Assembly (NCBI GenBank): GCA_001179505.1
Contig: CDMY01001000.1
Coordinates: 1 to 64,000, forward strand
DNA: 64,000 bases
Reading direction: 5' to 3'
Origin: Vitrella brassicaformis CCMP3155
Lineage: Eukaryota; Protista; Chromerida
Part shown: piece by piece, positions 58,082 through 64,000 of the stretch
Layout of the letters: every line of letters starts with the position of its first letter
Numbering within the stretch: the first letter of the stretch is position 1
Made by a program: the position numbers and the translations under genes
Notes under the pieces: model-generated
The model's database searches: none
What the model was told of the DNA's origin: nothing
What the model saw: the letters and a program-made list of their open reading frames with translations, nothing else

Positions 58082-59352
58082 CTACTCTATGCTGATCAAA
58101 CGCAGCTGAATGTAGCGGGGACCGGCTATGATCTGCCTCGTCTCCCCCTCCCGCATCGACAGCACCGCCTCACGCAGCAACTCGTACCCAAAATCAGACA
58201 CACGACGCACCCACCCACGGACATCGTACGCTTTGTCCCGGCCGTCGAATGCATCACGCCATGCAATGGTGTCGACCTTGACACGGTCGTTGGCCGTTGG
58301 CACTCTGCCGGTGCCGGGCGTGATGATGCGATACCGAGCACCTAACGGGGTCACAGTGAAGCCTTCACTGTCACTGCAAAGGAAGGGACCAAGCATGACA
58401 GACGGCGAGGTGGCTTGTGTCCCTCCTCCTTTGAACCGACCTGGCCCGCTGCTGCTGCGTGCCGCTCGGCTGCGGTCCGGCGGTGCCGGCAGCAGAAGTC
58501 CCCACCGGCGCACCGCCACCACTGGCAACACTGACACACACGCCAACACGTGAGCCAGGGGATCAACCAGTGTGGCAGTGACGGGCAGTCGCTTTGATGC
58601 ACACCTGTGGCTGTTGGGTGTCCGCTCGGCCGTCGGCCGCTGGGGAATCCCACGCAGCCTTTATGCAGCCACACAGCACACGAGAGAGAGGGGGGGAGAT
58701 GGCATATCGGTGCGTTTGATTGATTACCGGGGGTCTTGTTGGTTGCCTCCTGCTGTGCCGTAGATGGGAATGAGGCTGTCGACCGTCACGCCCGCCTTGC
58801 ACACCGGACACGACGTCTGGTCCTCTTCGAGCAGCCACTTGCCAAGACACGCCCAGCAATACTACACGGCACACAACACACCCCACACTCACACAACTCA
58901 TGTGGTGCCTCGTGGTCTCACTCACCATGTGGCCGCATCGCGTGACGACCGGCTCCGTTGCGCCCTCCTTGCAAATGCCACACGCGAAGCGACCTGGCGC
59001 CTCATGTGTGGCGCCGCACTGAGGGCAGCCTGCTGCTGGTGGTGGTGGTTCGTTGTGGTCTTCTCGACGGCGGCGCTTGGAACCGACAGATGACCTGACA
59101 CACAGGGGGGCACACCAAGTCAAGATGAACACACATGTGTGTGCTGTGCTGTGCTGTGTGAGTCCCCTACGTGTCTGTGTCGGCGGAGCCGAACTTGATG
59201 TGGTCGTGGAATGACCGGTCGATGGCCACACGCTGCCCCTGCACATCCATCTCGTAGCCGCCACGGCCGTCCTCATACACACGACACTCAAACACTCCGA
59301 CGCTCGACGGCGATGGTGCGGTGGGATCCGCAGACGACCAAGACGAGCCCAT
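58082..59352 (-). CDS. Family gene I: N-module + KRRR linker + RNF5/RMA1-type C3HC4 RING + degenerate FKBP-like domain, 6 exons
   Basis: SVGVFECRVYEDGRGGYEMDV...|SSVGSKRRR...FACGICKEGATEPVVTRCGHM|YCWACLGKWL...CPVCKAGVTVDSLIPIYG...DP(R)|LRGIPQRP...|...|DSEGF...YRIITPGTGRVPTAND...QLRLISIE*. The joins keep frame. Additional 5' exons are possible. Confidence 0.85.
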
Positions 59353-61302
59353 TGATTGATGCAGTACTGCAGGCGGTGCGACGAACGATACTCGATCAGC
59401 TGCATCCACACACCCGCACAGACACGTCCACAAGTTAGTGTCTGTGTGCATGTGTGAGGCTGTTTATCATGGTGTCATCGGGCGTACCTGTGCGGCTCTG
59501 GTGCGGACAGGGCGACGCGCGACGAATAAGAGGCAAGGGATGAGGACACCGACACACAACACTGCTCACCTACCGACACACACAACACTCGGAGGCCTCT
59601 GTGTGTGTGCGTGTGTGTGTGTGTGTCCTCACCTGTGGTGTCTGAGGGTGAGCGACAGAAATGCAGTCAGTCAGGCCGTCACCGAAGGCAGTGATGATAT
59701 CCCTCCCGCCACACCCCTCACAAAATACTAATGGACCTGACAGTGTGAGGTGACAGACACAAGGATGGGCGCATGCTTGGCCAGGGGTGCGCTCATGTGT
59801 GCGGGCCGACCTCTCTGTGTTGTGTGTGTGACCACACTGATCAAGATAGATACCCTCAGAGGCGCCACACACACAACCCAGATCTGACACACCAAGAGTG
59901 ATGTGTCCACCGTGCTGCATGTGTGTGTGTGTGCCTTTCTCTCACGCCTTTGTCTGACGCCAATGAGTGCGGTGATATCTGACTGACCAGCACCGCCTGC
60001 ACACACACATGACACACACATGGCAGGAAGGGCTGATGCGTTTCTGTCATCGGTGGACGGCCATGTGATTGTCGTTCGCTCACCTGTGCCCTTGCTGACA
60101 AACCGAATGCGACCAGACAAAAAACACGTTTTCTCAAAACCCGAGAGCGAGCAGTTTCATGGAATGTCCTAGGCGCCTGACGGCCAAGTCTGCTCTTTCA
60201 CGCACAATCAATCTGCGAGCCGATGTTTGTGTCAGCCAAGATCGGATTCATCGGTTTGGGTTGGTAGTCGGCAGACGAGTGTGAGAGGCGGCCGAGGAGC
60301 CATTAAATGAGTCAATGCGACGAAGCCGTCCACTCAGCCGTTTGTCCAATGGCTTCGCGTCTTTCGTGCCGTCGGTGTGTCTGTCTGTCTGTGTGCCTTT
60401 GTCGCCCGTCTGTGTCGGCCGGCCGCTCCTCGAGATGAGATGCCACTCGATGGCCAGGCGGATGACAGAGACCGAGGCACGACGGATGCACACAGCGCAG
60501 CACGATCGATATAGACACGATTGGTGGATGCATCATCATCCGATAACCGCTCTCTCCCCTCCCTATCCATGTGATTCGTGTGCCGCCGTGTGTGATGGAT
60601 GGCGAGCCGCCGAGAGAATCACCGGCCCATCGGTGTGTGTGACGTGCCGGCACTTCACCGAACGACGATCCGCCCACCACACACACGGGAGCAGACAAAG
60701 GGAGGAAGAGAGAGTGAACACACACACACACACACACACACGCACACTTGGATGGATGTCGGCAGGCAGAGGGGATGGCAAAAGGCTTTCTGTCTGTCTG
60801 TCTGTCTGTCTCTGTCTGATTGGCCGCCGCATCTCAGTGTTCCCTCCCGCCACACACACGGACGGAGGCGGAGTGACCGACAGAACCGAACACACTGCTC
60901 ACGTCCACCGCCGCTCAGGGAGGCGCCACACAGAGGTGCAGCTTTGAAGCCAACCAGTTATCACAGGCATGCACCACACTCTCGGCTCAAAAGTAGCTTT
61001 GTGATGGACAACTGGATAAATATACAAGTACGTATGTATGTCATTGAGTATACACACAGACGAAGACGGCACATCGTCTCATTCCCGTCTGTCTGCCAGA
61101 CCATGCACACAACGCCCAACATGCACACACACACACGAGGAAAAAACTTCACTTTTCACCACCTCCCCCATCGCGACACGGACTGAAACAGTACCACAGC
61201 CAGCACCCCCACCACCCCGACCGCCGCCCACACACAGAAGGGGAAAAACCGCCACACACATCGACACAGACACGAGGCACCATTGCCCATTGCCCAGCCG
61301 CA

Positions 61303-64000
61303 TCACACATGTATTATGGTGGCCGTCTCCTTGGTGGCAGAAGTGGCAGGAGGGCGCTCGTCGGCCGTCTCTGCGTTGGTGCTGCTGGTGGCCTCGCCCT
61401 CTTGCTCAGCATTAGGCGGCGGGATGGGCCCATCGACGTCATCGTCATGGATACCTACACACACACACATAGAGATATGATATAGTGGACGGTGGGAGGG
61501 AGACGGAGTAGTTACCTTTGACGCCGTCCATGGATTCTTTCATTTCCTGCTCGAGTGTGGCCTCCCGCACGCCCTCTGCATTCATCTCACCGCCCACACG
61601 CACCAAACACCTGACACACAGATACACACACATTTGCACATGATGCTGTAGTGGCGTGTGTGTGCACAGGCAGGTACCCTGCAGCAGCGGTCTGTTGGGC
61701 GAGCTCGACAGCTTTGTCGGGATTGTCGTTTTCGTCATCGGAAAACTCATCGTCGATCAGATCGTCCACAGGCAGGCCCCTGACACACACACATACACAC
61801 ACGAGTGGCCACATGTGTGTGTGTATGTGAGGGAGGGAGGGAGGGAAAGAGCGTACTGAGCGAATGAGTCGATGATTTCCAGGTCCTTCTGGTTCTGGCT
61901 GTCGGCGGAAATGTCAGTGGCACCGCTGCCCTCCAGCCACTTGAAGAAGGCATCGCTGTCCTTCGCCTGCACACCACACACAACGCCCCCTACATGTGAT
62001 TGATGTGTGATGCCTCGAGTGTGTGTGTGTGTGTGTGTTCAGATCACATACCCGCTGCTGAAGGTTCTCCTCCGCCATGTCTCTGAACTCCTGCCAGAAC
62101 GCCTTCCCGACAGCCTTCTCGGGAGGCCCCTCGCCAAAGATGTCGGGCAAAGACCGGGACCCCCTACCACCACACACACGCACATGCCATGAGCCACCAC
62201 ACCCGATGTGTCTCTGTCGGTGGTGTGCTCACTGCACTCACTGTATTTTGTCGCGTATTTTGTTGTAGAGGCCACGTATGTCGGCGTTGGTCGGCTCGAT
62301 GGCGAGTGCGGCCTGGATGTCGGCGGCGGCGGCCTTGAGGTCGAACTCGAACATGTGGGCCTTGGCGCGGCGGTAGAGCGCCTTGACGTCACCCGGAAAG
62401 GCTGCACACACACACACAGGCGCGTGTGGAGGCTTGTGTCCACCAATCTCTCTCTCTCTCTCTCTGTGAGCGTGTCGGGGTGTCATGTGTTGTGAGGCAC
62501 ACTCACCGTCGAGCACTTTGTTGGTGTTCTTGATGGCCGTAGCGATGCACGGCTCGTGCTTCTCCCTCTCGTAGCGGTCAAGGGCGAATTTGGCCGCATT
62601 CAGCTGAGCGCGGCGAACCAGAGCCATGGCCTTCTGGCGGTCCTCATCCGACCACTCGTCAACTGCACAGCCACACACAGCACAACACACGGAGAGAGAC
62701 AGAGATGTGTGTGGTGGGTGTGTGGGTGTGCAGGGCGGCGGGGCGGGGCGGGCGGAGGGGTGTCTGGTGTGGATGTCTCACTGTTTCGTTTTGACGATTC
62801 ATATGTGTGTGGGACTTTGTTGAAGGCCTTCTCGCCCTGAGCGTACTTGCGCTCGCCACAGAGCCGCAAACCCTAATGGATGGGCACACAGATGCACACA
62901 CATGGTTGGGTGGCTTGGATGAATGGGGGCAGAGGTGTTGCTCAGGTCAGGTGTGTGCGCACCTCTTTGATGAATGCCTCAGCGTCTTTGCTGAAGCCCT
63001 CAAACGTGACGGCCGTCTTCTGCTTCAACTTGGGCGGGACCACCTCATGCAGCGTCAGCACCACCCTGCACACACCGCAACACCATCAAACCCACACACA
63101 CAGATAGACACACGACACTCATTCCTGCGCATGTGTGTGTGTGTGTGTNNNNNNNNNNNNNNNNNNNNNNNNNNNNNNNNNNNNNNNNNNNNNNNNNNNN
63201 NNNNNNNNNNNNNNNNNNNNNNNNNNNNNNNNNNNNNNNNNNNNNNNNNNNNNNNNNNNNNNNNNNNNNNNNNNNNNNNNNNNNNNNNNNNNNNNNNNNN
63301 NNNNNNNNNNNNNNNNNNNNNNNNNNNNNNNNNNNNNNNNNNNNNNNNNNNNNNNNNNNNNNNNNNNNNNNNNNNNNNNNNNNNNNNNNNNNNNNNNNNN
63401 NNNNNNNNNNNNNNNNNNNNNNNNNNNNNNNNNNNNNNNNNNNNNNNNGGGGGGGGGGGGTGTACCAGATGGGTGTGTCAGGGTCGAGCAGCATCTTGTT
63501 GTCCTTGTCTCGCACACCAGCGTAGAAGGCGTGACAACCTCGGTTCAGCTGCACCACACACCGCACACACGACACACAACACACCCATATGCACCCACAC
63601 GCACTGCAGTGATGCGTGGATGCGCATGCCCACTGACCTTGACGATGCACTTCTCGCCCTCCTTCATGCTGTGGATGACCTGTACATGCATCACACACAC
63701 AGTGAATGAATGAACGAATGCCATGCATTTGCCCCAACGGTCCAACACACTCACACACACTCTCACACACACACACACGCAGAACCGATCAATGAATCAA
63801 TGAATCAAGGATGACCTTGTGGTCGAACACGGGCGTCTTGCCGCCCTCGCCGAGGCTCCAGGTCGCGGGCAGCATCTGCTTGCCCTGCCGCGACAGCTCC
63901 GGCTCCTCGCTGAAGCAACACGACCCTGAAACAAAGGCACATACACAGACACACACATGGCGACACACACACACACACACGCATTGCTCCCTCCCGCCCT
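61303..64000 (-). CDS. FKBP-TPR immunophilin-like protein (5' end beyond window, gap inside)
   Basis: WSLGEGGKTPVFDHK|VIHSMKEGEKCIVKV and VLTLHEVV (FKBP-like); GERKYAQGE, AQLNAAKFAL and VKALYRRAKAHMFEFDLKAAAADIQAALAIEPTNADI (TPRs); acidic tail. Confidence 0.85.

Noticed and set aside
7180-58400. Diversity-generating retroelement explanation for the FKBP-like hypervariability
   Set aside because: No reverse transcriptase or invariant template repeat in the window, and differences involve all four bases plus indels rather than adenines only.
60-63980. Numerous Cys/Val-rich (CVCVCV) or His/Thr-rich (HTHTHT) ORFs
   Set aside because: Translations of (TG)n/(CA)n intronic repeats, not proteins.
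1-64000. tRNA, rRNA or snRNA genes
   Set aside because: No T-loop/cloverleaf, rRNA or U-snRNA signature recognised by eye. A covariance-model scan would be needed to exclude them fully.

Overview
Eukaryotic, intron-rich, GC-rich DNA. It is almost certainly the chromerid alga Vitrella brassicaformis or a close alveolate relative; this is inferred from a CPW-WPC gene and short introns full of CA/TG and CAGA/TCTG microsatellites. There are four 300-N gaps. Recognisable genes: CPW-WPC protein (3' part), mitochondrial Lon protease, small Tim chaperone, START-domain protein, GT34 glycosyltransferase, ankyrin-TRP-like channel, secreted Tle1/DUF2235-like hydrolase with an intact Ser-Asp-His triad, N-acylated vWA protein, FKBP-TPR protein, a conserved secreted protein of unknown function and several hypotheticals. 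The standout is a dispersed family of nine genes (A-I) that all carry a degenerate, hypervariable FKBP-like domain. That domain is joined through a phase-2 intron to interchangeable upstream modules: an unnamed ~45-aa module (GxxVYxDGxGGY), a KRRR linker, a signal peptide, an RNF5-type RING finger, or BTB-coiled coil-BTB. My inference is an exon-shuffled, diversifying set of recognition domains, some coupled to ubiquitin-ligase machinery. Also present: a ~3.2 kb foldback structure with ~0.9 kb inverted arms, a tandem repeat whose hairpin is conserved in structure but not sequence, and introns with complementary 5' CA-rich and 3' TG-rich ends. All gene models were spliced by eye, so exon edges and start codons are approximate.
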